From NCBI GenBank assembly GCA_965372715.1, contig CBDVDH010000026.1, positions 1-47,742 on the forward strand: a stretch of 47,742 nucleotides of DNA, in the 5' to 3' direction. The stretch comes from an uncultured bacterium (lineage in GTDB: Bacteria > B130-G9). Each line of letters starts with the position of its first letter. Position 1 is the stretch's first letter. Position numbers and translations under genes: made by a program. The notes under the pieces were generated by a model. That model worked only from the letters and a program-made list of their open reading frames with translations. It did not search any database and was not told the DNA's origin. This document shows, piece after piece, positions 19,489 to 29,843 of the stretch.

Positions 19489-20379
19489 ATGAGTCTCATT
19501 AGAGTCCCAAGAATCAATGACGACATCTCCGATTTCTACACATTGTTCCGAATGTGGGAATGCGCTCGGAGTGATCTGTCTCATGTTGAATTTGATTTCT
19601 CCGAGTGTGATTTCCTCCGTCAAAACGCAATAGCGTTTCTAGGGGGGTTGATTCGTTCGATAGAATCTGCAGGAGGAAGAGCGGAACTCAAATGGGAAAC
19701 GCTCCGACCCAAGATCCGTCAATTGCTTGAACGTAATAGGTTCATCCAGCATTTTCCGCCAGCGGGTTACTCGCCGTCGGGGCCCCCGCGGTCCGCCAGT
19801 TCGATTCCGTATAGGGAGGACATTTCTGAAGACCGAGATGGGATCATGAACTATCTGAAACAGGAGTGGCTGGGCGTTCAATGGATTCAGAAGCATATAA
19901 GCGCGCACGGACGCAACGCGATTGTAGGGGCAGCCTGGGAAATCTACGCAAACGCTTTTGAGCATAGTCACTCCGGAATAGGTATCTTCAGCTGTGGGCA
20001 GTACTACCCCAAAATGCACGAATTAAAGCTCACCGTGGTTGATTTCGGTATAGGCATCCCGCAGAATGTAAGATCCTTTGCCAACAATTTTGAAATAGCG
20101 CCAGCAGCCGCCTTGCAGTGGGCATTCAAGAGCGGAACAACGACGAAGCGAGGAGGCCGTGGGGTGGGGTTGGACATCCTGAAGGGATTTGTGGCCATCA
20201 ATGGAGGCAGAATGGAGACCTTCAGTCATGACGCATTCGGCCTCATTGACGACCGCGGCGAACGATACTCCGGCTGCACCTCGCACTTCGAAGGAACTTT
20301 GGTCAATATCACCTTGAAGTGTCATGAAGACTGCTATTATTCTCTGACATCTGAAGAAATTAGTGAGCCCCTGTTCTGA
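19489..20379 (+). CDS. N-terminal STAS-like domain plus HATPase_c (anti-sigma-factor/Ser-kinase type) protein
   Basis: VEFDFSECDFL (STAS-like), N box EIYANAFEHS, G1 DFGIGIP, G2 GRGVGL and GTLVNI. No HisKA domain or transmembrane segment. Confidence 0.8.
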   Translation: MSLIRVPRINDDISDFYTLFRMWECARSDLSHVEFDFSECDFLRQNAIAFLGGLIRSIESAGGRAELKWETLRPKIRQLLERNRFIQHFPPAGYSPSGPPRSASSIPYREDISEDRDGIMNYLKQEWLGVQWIQKHISAHGRNAIVGAAWEIYANAFEHSHSGIGIFSCGQYYPKMHELKLTVVDFGIGIPQNVRSFANNFEIAPAAALQWAFKSGTTTKRGGRGVGLDILKGFVAINGGRMETFSHDAFGLIDDRGERYSGCTSHFEGTLVNITLKCHEDCYYSLTSEEISEPLF

Positions 20380-20397
20380 AAAGGGAGTGAGGTTGCC

Positions 20398-20745
20398 ATG
20401 AAAATCACCATACTTGATACTATAGGCAAGAACTGCATCACGTTTGAAGATGGCGACAGTCTGTATCAGGTCGTTCATCCCGAACTGCTGGCGTCGCGGG
20501 ATGTAGAGCTTGATTTCGGGGGTGTCGAGGTGCTGGCTTCGCCATTTTTCAACGCCGCGATAGGCCGTCTGTTAAAGGACATATCAGCCGAGACGCTTAA
20601 CAGATCCCTGAAGGTCCATTCTCTCTCTCCCGCAGGGATGAAGGTTCTAAAGCGGGTGATTGAGAACTCTAAGGAATACTACTCCGACCCAGATAAACGG
20701 CAGAAATTGAATGAGATCCTAAGCGAGAGCTCAGAGGGGGAGTGA
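20398..20745 (+). CDS. STAS-like domain protein (DUF4325-like)
   Basis: 115 aa with DGDSLY..VELDFGGVEVLASPFFNAAIGRL. GAGG RBS. Confidence 0.8.
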   Translation: MKITILDTIGKNCITFEDGDSLYQVVHPELLASRDVELDFGGVEVLASPFFNAAIGRLLKDISAETLNRSLKVHSLSPAGMKVLKRVIENSKEYYSDPDKRQKLNEILSESSEGE

Positions 20746-21368
20746 TGCCAATCAAAGTCAGGGCAGACGTCATCGATATCCGACAGGATAGACCAAGACC
20801 AGATGATTCTTTTCTCGTGGACACCAATGTCTGGTATTGGTTGACATACACTCGTGCAAGCCACACAAGCGATTCGCCGAGGAACTATCAGCTCAGAGAC
20901 TATCCTGCCTACCTGTTGAGAGCCAAGTCTGTAAGGGCACAGGTTTATTGGTGTGGTCTTTCTCTTGAGGAGTTGGCGCATAGGATTGAGAGAATCGAGC
21001 TGAAGATTTTTAACAAGACATTGAGTCAGGGTGAAATCAAGCTCAAGGAGTTCCGCCACGATAGGCCAGAGGACAGGAAAAGAGTCGTCGAGGAGATTCA
21101 GGCCGCATGGGGTCAAGTGAAGACAATGGCGGAAGGGCTGGCGATCTCAATTGATCAATTGACAACAGATGCTGCCTTCAACATGATTCCGAGTTCTGAG
21201 ATGGATGGCTACGATCTATTCATGGTTCAAGTTCTCTGGAAGCACTCAGTCCGCGGGCTCATAACGGACGACGCGGACCTTGCCACGGTCTCAGGCGTAA
21301 CCATCTTCACATCAAACCGTAAACTGATCACTGAGGCGCGCAAGCAGAAAAAACTGAGGCAGCGGTAG
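20742..21368 (+). CDS. PIN-domain ribonuclease
   Basis: FLVDTNVW, EELAH, DGYD and ITDDAD acidic motifs. Start overlaps the upstream stop (GTGATG). Confidence 0.82.
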   Translation: MMPIKVRADVIDIRQDRPRPDDSFLVDTNVWYWLTYTRASHTSDSPRNYQLRDYPAYLLRAKSVRAQVYWCGLSLEELAHRIERIELKIFNKTLSQGEIKLKEFRHDRPEDRKRVVEEIQAAWGQVKTMAEGLAISIDQLTTDAAFNMIPSSEMDGYDLFMVQVLWKHSVRGLITDDADLATVSGVTIFTSNRKLITEARKQKKLRQR

Positions 21369-21843
21369 TTCATCCCGGTGATTAAGCCCTGGGTCGATGA
21401 CTTCCCTTGTCACTGTTTTATCAGCTGACTCGTGATTCTTGTGGCCTGTTTCAGCTCATCCGCTCGGCGCAAACTCCGCTTTCCGGGCATGGATGACGGG
21501 GATCGCATCTGCATCGGTTTGGCAATCCTTTCTGGAGCCTGGCAAAGCACGACGCCGGGCGCAGACAGCTTGGCAGCAGACAGCTTATTGGTCTCCGACG
21601 CAGCACCTGGTTCTGACGAACTCTCAAGTTGCGCCGGGAACCCGGTGCCAAGACCGTGGGTTAATTATGCGGACACAGTCTAGTTGTTACCAGATGTATT
21701 ATAGGTTGAACCGCTTTCCGGTCGTTGTAGCGGCGATCTGCGCGCGGAACTAGCGAGCTCGGTCAACTTGACACTTTACGAAAAATTGGTAATGGTTAAA
21801 CTGGTGTAGTGTAGAAATAAGAGTAAAGGAGGGGAAATGATGA

Positions 21844-22038
21844 ATGACTTTAGTTAGGGTAAAGGACGACGAATCTTTTGATTCGGCACTCAGGCGCTTC
21901 AAGAAGCAGTGCGAGAAGTCGGGGATATTGTCCGAGTTTAGGAAGCGCGTTTTCTTCGAGAAGCCATGCATCAAACGCAAGCGCAAAGCTTTAGCTGCAC
22001 GGAAGAAACTCATTAAGAGGATCAGGCGATTTGGCTGA
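21844..22038 (+). CDS. rpsU: 30S ribosomal protein S21
   Basis: [32 protein letters not shown]. Confidence 0.97.
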   Translation: MTLVRVKDDESFDSALRRFKKQCEKSGILSEFRKRVFFEKPCIKRKRKALAARKKLIKRIRRFG

Positions 22039-22091
22039 TCAGCCAGGTTGGTTCCTGGCCTATTCTGTCTGTATCATAGTTGGCAGAGGTA

Positions 22092-23066
22092 ATGATGACA
22101 TTAGAGCTCGAGGAAATCTATCGCCTGGCAGTTGAGGCCGGTATCGAGGCAGATCAACGTCCCAGGGAAGAGATCGAGCGACAGCTGAAGATTGAGCGCG
22201 ATAAGTTCGAGAAACTCTCGGGCGGTGCGAAGGCGCGCTTTGACACAGACCGTCTCACTAATCCTTTCGCAGATTGCCGGATACTTCACGGCGAGCTCGA
22301 CGCGGAAATATCGAGCGCGTTGGTTGGCATAGACATCGGGCCGGCGGAGGTGATGCTCGCTGATAGGTTGAGGTCAAAGGGCCAGAATCTGGACCTCATC
22401 ATCGCTCATCACCCTTCCGGACGCGCACTTGCGGCCCTAGCCGACGTTATGTCCCTTAGCGCGGACCTCTGGGCCCAGCAGGGCATGCCTATTGGACAAG
22501 CAGAGAATGTCTTCTCGGGGAGGATCAAAGAGGTGCAGGCGTCGGTTATGGCCGCAAATCACAACAGAGCGGTTGATGCGGCCAGATTGCTCGACATTCC
22601 TTTGATGTGTGTTCATACCCCGGCCGACAACTGTGTTGCGCGGTATCTTAAAGAGACCATCAAGAATGCAAAACCCGTTTTGCTCGGGGATGTCCTTGAC
22701 TTGCTGCTTGAGACCGACGAATACGATCGTTATGCGTCTGAGATTACGGGACCCAAGATCGTTGTTGGGTCGAAGGAGAGCAGGGCTGGCGATGTCTTTG
22801 TTGATATGACGGGCGGCACATCTGGCCCAAAAGACCTCTACGCGATGATTGCGAAATCTACCAACATAAGCACTATTTTGTGCATGAGCATCTCTCAGGA
22901 CCACAAGAAAGAGATTGAAAAACATCACCTGAACTGTATAGTTGCTCCTCACATGCCAAGTGATACACTTGGGTTGAATCTGATTCTCGACTCCGTGGAG
23001 TCGCGAGGAGAGCTGTCAGTGGTGGAATGTTCAGGTTTCCGCCGCGTCAGCAGGCCGCGTAAGTAG
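22092..23066 (+). CDS. NIF3/NGG1-interacting-factor-like metal-binding protein
   Basis: NPFAD.RIL, GIDIG, IIAHHP, HTPADN, DMTGGT and HMPSDTLG motifs. Confidence 0.85.
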   Translation: MMTLELEEIYRLAVEAGIEADQRPREEIERQLKIERDKFEKLSGGAKARFDTDRLTNPFADCRILHGELDAEISSALVGIDIGPAEVMLADRLRSKGQNLDLIIAHHPSGRALAALADVMSLSADLWAQQGMPIGQAENVFSGRIKEVQASVMAANHNRAVDAARLLDIPLMCVHTPADNCVARYLKETIKNAKPVLLGDVLDLLLETDEYDRYASEITGPKIVVGSKESRAGDVFVDMTGGTSGPKDLYAMIAKSTNISTILCMSISQDHKKEIEKHHLNCIVAPHMPSDTLGLNLILDSVESRGELSVVECSGFRRVSRPRK

Positions 23067-23126
23067 CGGTGAACATTTTACAATCAAAAGAGGAAGTGAA
23101 CGTCAGATATAGGGGAAGGTGAAACC

Positions 23127-23999
23127 GTGAATAGAAGATTTGCTTCAGCGGCGGGGCTCATGATTGGATTGTGTTCCTTGTTCTTTGTGTCCCATGTGAG
23201 TTTTGGTGGTATTGTAACCACGCCGGCCGAGTTCAATTGGCTTCTTTCGGACGCCGAATACGGAAAGGTTCTGGGAACGCTCGGGGTTGCCGAGGAGATA
23301 TACCAACGTGGCATCGAGCTTCTCTACGACGGCAAATTCGCCGAGGCGGCGGAATGTTTTTGGCGAGTTGTTGACCTTTACTCAGCAGACTCCGTCCTCA
23401 AGACGCATTCGCGGGTCTCATCCGCATACTACTTTCTCGGCAAGACTTACCTGCTCGCGGGCAAGCCGGATCTCTCAAGGGGCCTCTTTGCGCTGGCTGT
23501 TCAGTCGCATCCCGCCGGCGTATTCATGCAGGCACAAGTGGACATGTCATACTCCTACGGTGATACCCTTAGGGAGCGGCTCAGGGCTTTTGCTTTACAG
23601 AGGCAGCTGGACCTCGGGTTTGCCGGTGCGGCGGCGGCTCGGCAGCCAGCGGCGTGGGAAGAGACGATATCGATGGATTTGCTGTTTGATTTCAATGAAT
23701 ACACGCTTCGACCAGATGCTATGCCCACCTTGGAGCGCGTGATACGCCGCATCAAGAGCTCCCATGGGTTGGTTTTTGTGATCGAGGCCAACAGCGATGA
23801 TGTTGGCACGCAAGAGTATAATCTTTGGCTTGGAAACAAGAGGGCCGAGGCTGTGCGGTATGTTCTCTCGAGACGCGGCGCCCAGGAGCATTTGGTCAAG
23901 TGCTTCAGCTATGGCAAGTTGCTGCCCATAGCGTCCAACGATACCGAAGAAGGGCGCTATAAGAACCGCAGGATTGTAATAAAGGCCATCGGGCAGTAG
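23127..23999 (+). CDS. Secreted TPR + OmpA-like peptidoglycan-binding protein
   Basis: Signal peptide, TPR-like helices (AYYFLGKTY), and LLFDFNEYTL...YNLWLGNKRAEAV...SYGK..P..SNDTEEGRYKNRR. Confidence 0.88.
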   Translation: MNRRFASAAGLMIGLCSLFFVSHVSFGGIVTTPAEFNWLLSDAEYGKVLGTLGVAEEIYQRGIELLYDGKFAEAAECFWRVVDLYSADSVLKTHSRVSSAYYFLGKTYLLAGKPDLSRGLFALAVQSHPAGVFMQAQVDMSYSYGDTLRERLRAFALQRQLDLGFAGAAAARQPAAWEETISMDLLFDFNEYTLRPDAMPTLERVIRRIKSSHGLVFVIEANSDDVGTQEYNLWLGNKRAEAVRYVLSRRGAQEHLVKCFSYGKLLPIASNDTEEGRYKNRRIVIKAIGQ

Positions 24000-24042
24000 C
24001 TGGTTCGCCTTTCGCGCAATCTCGCCTTTTGGCGGACGAGCT

Positions 24043-24116
24043 GGGCGGATAGCTCAGCTGGTAAGAGCATCGGCCTTACAAGCCGGGGGTCGCAGGTTCG
24101 AATCCTGTTCCGCCCA
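24043..24116 (+). tRNA. tRNA-Val (TAC)
   Basis: Acceptor GGGCGGA/TCCGCCC, D arm AGCTCAGCTGGTAAGAGC, anticodon loop TTACAA and T loop GTTCGAATC. CCA does not follow the discriminator directly. Confidence 0.95.
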
Positions 24117-24399
24117 AACCATTTAGCAGCCCTCCCGGCGATTTCACCCTCTCAATACCCCAATTCCAAGTATTGGCTTATAGTGCCGTTTTGTCCTACC
24201 CCTACCGCCGCAGGATGGCACACCTATGACACAAAGGCACACGCTTGCCGCCCCTCACGCAGATGATCTGAGAGATCACGTTCACGTCCCCGGACAAAAA
24301 GCCATATAGCCGATGACTGGGCCGCCAGAGGCCACAAGACTTCCGCCTCGGCGCTGTTTGCACATAGGCCAATGATTGGGAGGCGGACGAGGATGCGCC

Positions 24400-24630
24400 C
24401 TATTCGTTCAGCGGGGCGTAGCGCTCGGGTGTCTTAGCGTCCTTGGGCGGCTCCAACAGCCCAGCCTCCTTCAGCTTGGGGTCAATGCGCTTGTGCAGAT
24501 TGTATTCGTGGCGCTGAACGTGCAGTCGAACTCGCAGGGCATGTGAAGGCTGCCTGTCGCTTCGTAGTTCAGGGCCGGGCAGCCGCCCGGTTAACCGTAG
24601 CTTAAGCCCAGCTCCTTCAGGTGCGAGCTG
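24400..24630 (-). pseudogene. Degraded 3' fragment of a radical SAM/SPASM gene
   Basis: A minus-strand frame reads SYG*PGGCPALNYEATGSLHMPCEFDCTF (P...F = 24590..24516), then appears to frameshift into QRHEYNLHKRIDPKLKEAGLL. Confidence 0.55.
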
Positions 24631-25094
24631 CCAGGCAAAAAATACCGGCAGAGCATTGCGACGGCGCCTCAGCGCCACGCCGACAAAATCCAGTTTGTTG
24701 TCTGCGCCGGCATCGGCTCCGCCGACATCTGGCCCGTCACTCCCGAGGAGCTCGTCAACATCTTGACGGCTACTTAGGCCCCTGCGAATAACGAGGTCGT
24801 ACATATAACCCCAAGACCGACATCAATCTGTTACTGGGCAGCAAAAAAACACTTGACAGCAATGGGAGTTCCTGATACGGAATCAATGTTCTTCTCGTTG
24901 TCTTGTTTTTCGATAATTGTGCAAAAGCACTGCAGGAGGTGGAAAATGCGCAGGATACTCTTGCATCATTGAGAAAGACCGGCTGCACCGAGTAATCCTT
25001 CTTAGTGCCCTTCATCACATGCTTCTATCTAGGTGAATCGCCGCCATCAGCGATCTTTATTCAGCTGCCCCCGTTTCCCCGGAGGGCGAAGAGC

Positions 25095-26549
25095 TCAGCC
25101 CTTTATGACGCCGATTGGCCTGAGTTTAGCGACTTTTCTTGAGATGCCGGTCTCGTGGACGACGCGGACGACCTCGTCGATGTCCTTGTAGGCGGCGGGC
25201 ATCTCTTCCGCGAGGGTCTTTCTTGAGGCGGACCGGACGATGATGCCTTGCTTTTCGAGCTCGCGGTCGATCTGCCGGCCCTTGGCCTTCTTGATCGCCT
25301 GATGCCTGCTGAGGACCCGCCCGGCCCCATGGCACGTGCTGCCGAACGTCTCCTGCATAGCGGAATCAGTTCCGACGAGCACGTAGGACGCAGTTCCCAT
25401 GTCGCCGGGGATGAGGACGGGCTGGCCGACCGGGCGGTAGCGCGTGGGTAGCTCCGCGTTGCCCGGCGGGAACGCGCGGGTAGCGCCTTTGCGGTGAACC
25501 ATGAGGGTGCGCTCCTCACCGTCAATCTCGTGAGTCTCGCGCTTCAGGATGTTGTGGGCGACGTCATAGACGAGCGACAGGCCGTGCTGAGAGGGGCCGC
25601 CGCCGAGCGCCTCTTCGAACGCCTGAATGGCCAAGAAGCCGAGGCACTGGCGGTTGGCCCACGCGTAGTTTGCGGCGCAGCTCATCGCCTCGACGTATTG
25701 CCTACCCTCACGCGAACTCGTCGGGGCGCAGATAAGCTGTCGGTCGGGGATGTCTATCCCGAACTTGGGGAAGGCGTTTGCCAGCATTGCAAGCGCGTCG
25801 GTGCAGACCTGGTGCCCAAATCCCCTTGACCCAGAATGAACCATAACCGTGACCTGGTCCTTGAAGATGCCAAATGCGTTCGCCGTCTTCTCATCGAAGA
25901 CCTCCTCGACGAACTGGACCTCGACGAAGTGGTTGCCCGCCCCGAGCGTCCCGACCTGCTCGAGTCCCCGCTGGATGGCCTTGCTGCTGATGACGTCAGG
26001 ATTCGCGTCATCGAGGCGCCCATCGGCTTCGGTTCGTTCCAGGTCGGACGTTTGGCCATAGCCCTGGTCCACGGCCCACCCAGACCCGTTCCGAAGGAGG
26101 TCGGCGAGCTTCGAGGGGGAGAGCTTGATCTTGCCTCGGCAGCCGACCCCACACGGTATGCGTTGGAACAAGGCGTTCACGATGTCCCGCAGGTGGGGCT
26201 TCACGTCGGAGACTGTGAGGGTGCTGGAGAGGAGCCTAACCCCGCAGTTGATGTCGTAGCCAACCCCACCCGGCGTCACGACGCCGGTGTCTTCAAGGGT
26301 CGCGATGACGCCGCCAATGGGAAGCCCGTAACCGTAGTGGATGTCAGGCATCGCGAAGGACGCGCGGACGATGCCGGGCAGGGATGCGGCGTTTGCGACC
26401 TGCTCGAGTGGGTCAGAGCCCTCGCCGCGGCCCTGAAGTAGGTCCTCGCTGGCAAAGATGACCCCGTCCACTCGCATACAGGGCTTATAGCGCCTGGGCA
26501 GGCGCCACTTGAATGGATTGATCTGTTCGAGGCGGGATAATTCAACCAT
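25095..26549 (-). CDS. rtcB: RNA-splicing/repair ligase RtcB
   Basis: MPDIHYGYG, GYDINCG, GNHFVEVQ, HSGSRG, HRKGAT and HGAGR motifs. Start overlaps the pyrK stop. Confidence 0.96.
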   Translation of the reverse strand: MVELSRLEQINPFKWRLPRRYKPCMRVDGVIFASEDLLQGRGEGSDPLEQVANAASLPGIVRASFAMPDIHYGYGLPIGGVIATLEDTGVVTPGGVGYDINCGVRLLSSTLTVSDVKPHLRDIVNALFQRIPCGVGCRGKIKLSPSKLADLLRNGSGWAVDQGYGQTSDLERTEADGRLDDANPDVISSKAIQRGLEQVGTLGAGNHFVEVQFVEEVFDEKTANAFGIFKDQVTVMVHSGSRGFGHQVCTDALAMLANAFPKFGIDIPDRQLICAPTSSREGRQYVEAMSCAANYAWANRQCLGFLAIQAFEEALGGGPSQHGLSLVYDVAHNILKRETHEIDGEERTLMVHRKGATRAFPPGNAELPTRYRPVGQPVLIPGDMGTASYVLVGTDSAMQETFGSTCHGAGRVLSRHQAIKKAKGRQIDRELEKQGIIVRSASRKTLAEEMPAAYKDIDEVVRVVHETGISRKVAKLRPIGVIKG

Positions 26550-27594
26550 TCTGATACTCCTGGGAGTGTTCCCATACGATGCTGTATCCATTGAAGACAG
26601 GACCGTCGGTGCAGACCTTCTTGTAGGTGAGAGGCCCTTCTGCGGGGCCATTGTCCTCAAGTGAGAGAGCTCTTTCGCGGGTCTGAACCGCGCATCCGAG
26701 GCAGGTCCCGAGCCCACAGGCCATCTGTTCTTCGATGACGACGAGAAATCGCTTCACGCGCTTGTGCCTGGCGATGTCGGAGAGCGCTTCGAGCATTGGT
26801 CGGGGGCCGCACCCCACGAGCGTTGTGTCAGCCGGATAGGTCGGGTTCGCGTCGAATAGCTTCTCCACGAGGTCGCACGCGGTTCCGCAGAAGGCGCCCT
26901 CGTCGCCGGGATACCTCGACGTTACGATAGAGGGGATGAAGTTATCAAAGAGTCGCGAGACGACCAGTCTCAGAGGCTCTGTGGTTTTGGGAAGCGCCCA
27001 GCGATATACAGAAGGGACCTCGGTCAGCGAGAGCCGCACGGGGCTCTGTCCCCTGCTGTTTATGCCGAGCACCGTCAGCGGGGGCCGTTCGTCTCCACTC
27101 AGCGCCTTGGCCAAGAAATTGACGCCGGAGAAGCCCACGCCGCCGGCCACGAGGAGTGTTCTCTTCCAGTCCTCAGTGCTAAACCCGTTGCCGAGCGGTC
27201 CCAGGAATCTTAGCCGGTCACCGGGGCGCACCTGCGAGAGAAGAAGCGTGCCTCGTCCGACCGCCTTAAAAACTAGCGTCAGCAGCCCGGACTTTCCCCC
27301 GGAGGGCTTTTCGTAGTCGAATACGCTCATCGCACGGGGCAACATGGCTCGATCGTAAACTGGCCCCATCATGAATCGCGCGAGATGCGCTCCGGGCAAC
27401 TCTAAAGAGGGTGGGAGAAAGCCTTCGGAGCTAGCCCAACATGAGATAAGAAGGAACTGGCCCGGCGTCGGCTTCGGGAAGTCAGCCGGCATTTTCAGCA
27501 CTAGACGGCAGAAGCTACCGCGCGGCTTGAGTCGATGAACGGTGCACTCATCCGCGAGAATGTCCTGGGTGCTATCTTCAGACAAGTCTGCCAT
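26542..27594 (-). CDS. pyrK: Dihydroorotate dehydrogenase electron-transfer subunit
   Basis: PGQF, VGRGT, GPLGNGF, VAGGVG, CGPRPML and MACGLGTCLGC...VCTDGPVF (2Fe-2S). Confidence 0.9.
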   Translation of the reverse strand: MADLSEDSTQDILADECTVHRLKPRGSFCRLVLKMPADFPKPTPGQFLLISCWASSEGFLPPSLELPGAHLARFMMGPVYDRAMLPRAMSVFDYEKPSGGKSGLLTLVFKAVGRGTLLLSQVRPGDRLRFLGPLGNGFSTEDWKRTLLVAGGVGFSGVNFLAKALSGDERPPLTVLGINSRGQSPVRLSLTEVPSVYRWALPKTTEPLRLVVSRLFDNFIPSIVTSRYPGDEGAFCGTACDLVEKLFDANPTYPADTTLVGCGPRPMLEALSDIARHKRVKRFLVVIEEQMACGLGTCLGCAVQTRERALSLEDNGPAEGPLTYKKVCTDGPVFNGYSIVWEHSQEYQNG

Positions 27595-28927
27595 CGATCG
27601 TCTTGATCTGGCCGGAGGTTATCGTGCACACCGGCGCCCCGACGAGCGACCAGCCGCCGAACGGGCAGTTACGGCCCATTGAGTAGAACTTCGCTGGATC
27701 GATGGTTACATCTTTCGCGGGATCGAGGATGGTAATGTCAGCGATGTCGCCTTTCGCCAGCCTTCCCTTCTTGAGACCTAGCGCGTCGGCTGGCCCAGTC
27801 GTGAATTTCTGTATCAGAATCTCCAGCGGGACTTGCCTCTTGGCGCAAACCCGGTCGAGGCATACCGGCACGGCGCTCTCTAGGCCAACGATCCCGAACG
27901 GCGCAGCGAGATAGTCCTGCTCCTTATCAGTGGTTGTATGAGGCGCGTGGTCGGTCGCGATTGCGTCAATGGTTCCGTCTAGAAGGCCCTCGACCAGCGC
28001 ATCGACGTCGTCCTGAGTGCGAAGGGGCGGGTTGACCTTCGTGCTCGTGTCGTAGTCGGACTCGTCAACCGCCTCATCGGTCAGCGTGAGATGATGCGGC
28101 GTCACCTCGGCTGTAACCTTAATGCCAGCGTCCTTGGCCCGCCGTATCAGCTCGACCGACTCCCTGGTCGAGACGTGCGCGATGTGGATCGGGATGCCCG
28201 TGAGCCCGGAAAGGGAGATGTCCCGATAGACCATGACAGTCTCAGCCTGTTGCGGGATCGGCGGCAGCCCGAGCCGGGTTGAGACGAAGCCCTCGTGCAT
28301 GACGCCGCCTGCGGAAAGCGTGGTGTCCTCGCTGTGCGAGACTATCCGGACCCCAAAATCACTGGCGTATTCAAGCGCCCGCCGCATTATGGTCCCGTCC
28401 ATTACGCAGTGGCCATCGTCGGTTATGGCTACGATGCCCGCCTCGGCCATCTCGCCGATTGCAGCGAGGGCCCGGCCCTTCATACCGCGGGTGATTGCTC
28501 CGGCCGGGAAGACGTGGATGAGCCCGATGTTCGCGGCCTTCTGTAGAATAAAAAGCGTTGTCGATTGAGTATCGTTGACGGGATATGTGTTGGGCATTGT
28601 CATGACCGATGTGAATCCACCCACTGCCGCGGCTTTCATGCCGGTCTCGATGGTCTCGGCGTCCTCTCGCCCCGGTTCGCGGAAGTGAACGTGGATGTCG
28701 ATGAATCCCGGGGCCACGACAAGACCCTGGGCATCAAGCACGATCTCGTCCGCCTTCTTGGACGATTTCCCGGGTTTGCCGCCGGGCCGAACGACTAGTG
28801 CGTCCTCTATGTCGATGGGTCTCCTCGAGACTCGCTTGATGCGACTGTTCTCGAGCAGTATGTCGCCGACGTAGTCGATGCGATCGCCTGGGGAGATAAT
28901 CCTCCCGCCCTTAATCACTAACCTCAT
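27578..28927 (-). CDS. pyrC: Dihydroorotase
   Basis: [32 protein letters not shown] and ATDHAPH motifs. Confidence 0.96.
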   Translation of the reverse strand: MRLVIKGGRIISPGDRIDYVGDILLENSRIKRVSRRPIDIEDALVVRPGGKPGKSSKKADEIVLDAQGLVVAPGFIDIHVHFREPGREDAETIETGMKAAAVGGFTSVMTMPNTYPVNDTQSTTLFILQKAANIGLIHVFPAGAITRGMKGRALAAIGEMAEAGIVAITDDGHCVMDGTIMRRALEYASDFGVRIVSHSEDTTLSAGGVMHEGFVSTRLGLPPIPQQAETVMVYRDISLSGLTGIPIHIAHVSTRESVELIRRAKDAGIKVTAEVTPHHLTLTDEAVDESDYDTSTKVNPPLRTQDDVDALVEGLLDGTIDAIATDHAPHTTTDKEQDYLAAPFGIVGLESAVPVCLDRVCAKRQVPLEILIQKFTTGPADALGLKKGRLAKGDIADITILDPAKDVTIDPAKFYSMGRNCPFGGWSLVGAPVCTITSGQIKTIDGRLV

Positions 28928-29843
28928 AGATACTCCTCCCGCCAAGCAACAGTAATAGAACAGCCATCCGTATCGCCACGCCATTGGCTACCTGGTCGAG
29001 TATGACTGAAAGCGGGCCGTCAGCAACTTCGGGGTCGATTTCAACGCCGCGATTTAAGGGTCCAGCGTGCATGATGATACAGTCGCTTTTCAGGTATTTG
29101 AGATGCTCCATCTTGAGGCCAAAGTAGCGGTTATATTCCCTGAGCGACGGAAATCGAGGCGCCTCATCGCGTTCGGCCTGGATGCGGAGAACCATGACGA
29201 CGTCCTTGCCCGTGATTGCCTCCTTGAGATTTGGCGCCACGTTGACGCCCAGCCTCCTCACGTGCAGTGGGAGCATGCTGCTGGGACCCATGACGGTCAC
29301 AGCCGCGCCCACTTTTGTCAGACAAAGGATATTTGAGCCTGCGACGCGGCTTCGGGCTATATCGCCAAGGATTGCCACTTTAAGCCCCTTGACCTCACCC
29401 TTTTTCTCGCGGATTGTCATGAGGTCCAGTAGCGCCTGCGTGGGGTGCTCGTGGAAACCGTCCCCGGCGTTGATGACCGAGGCGTCCATGAGCTTAGCCA
29501 GTCGGTGGGGGTACCCAGCGACGCCGTGGCGAATTACGACCACGCTGGGGCTCATCGCCGCCAGGTTCTTGGCCGTATCGACGAGCGTCTCGCCCTTCGA
29601 GATGCTGCTGCCTGATACTGAGAAGTTCACGGTGTCGGCCGAAAGCCGCTTTTGGGCTATCTCAAACGACAGGCGCGTTCTTGTGCTCGGTTCGAAGAAG
29701 AGGTTGACGATCGTTCTGCCGCGCAGCGTGGGGACCTTCTTGACCGTTCGCTCGCTTATGCTCTTTGTCGATTCGGCGAGGTCAAGGATCATCGAGACCT
29801 CGAACGGCGTGAGGTCGGCGATTCCCAGCAGGTCCTTTCTCAT
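28911..29843 (-). CDS. pyrB: Aspartate carbamoyltransferase catalytic subunit
   Basis: [29 protein letters not shown] and LRIQ.ER motifs. Confidence 0.97.
   Translation of the reverse strand: MRKDLLGIADLTPFEVSMILDLAESTKSISERTVKKVPTLRGRTIVNLFFEPSTRTRLSFEIAQKRLSADTVNFSVSGSSISKGETLVDTAKNLAAMSPSVVVIRHGVAGYPHRLAKLMDASVINAGDGFHEHPTQALLDLMTIREKKGEVKGLKVAILGDIARSRVAGSNILCLTKVGAAVTVMGPSSMLPLHVRRLGVNVAPNLKEAITGKDVVMVLRIQAERDEAPRFPSLREYNRYFGLKMEHLKYLKSDCIIMHAGPLNRGVEIDPEVADGPLSVILDQVANGVAIRMAVLLLLLGGRSIYEVSD

Noticed and set aside
21369-21760. Fourth gene or RNA of the kinase-STAS-PIN cassette
   Set aside because: Only short overlapping ORFs without an RBS or motif, and no convincing structure or terminal repeats delimiting the cassette.
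24234-24249. Sigma54-like motif AGGCACACGCTTGC (and TGGCACGCGGCAGC near 37880)
   Set aside because: GG-to-GC spacing is one base short of the strict requirement.
24400-24804. 134-aa minus-strand ORF as an intact gene
   Set aside because: It looks like a chimera. The recognisable SPASM motif is in another frame, and its 5' half is antisense to a different gene fragment.
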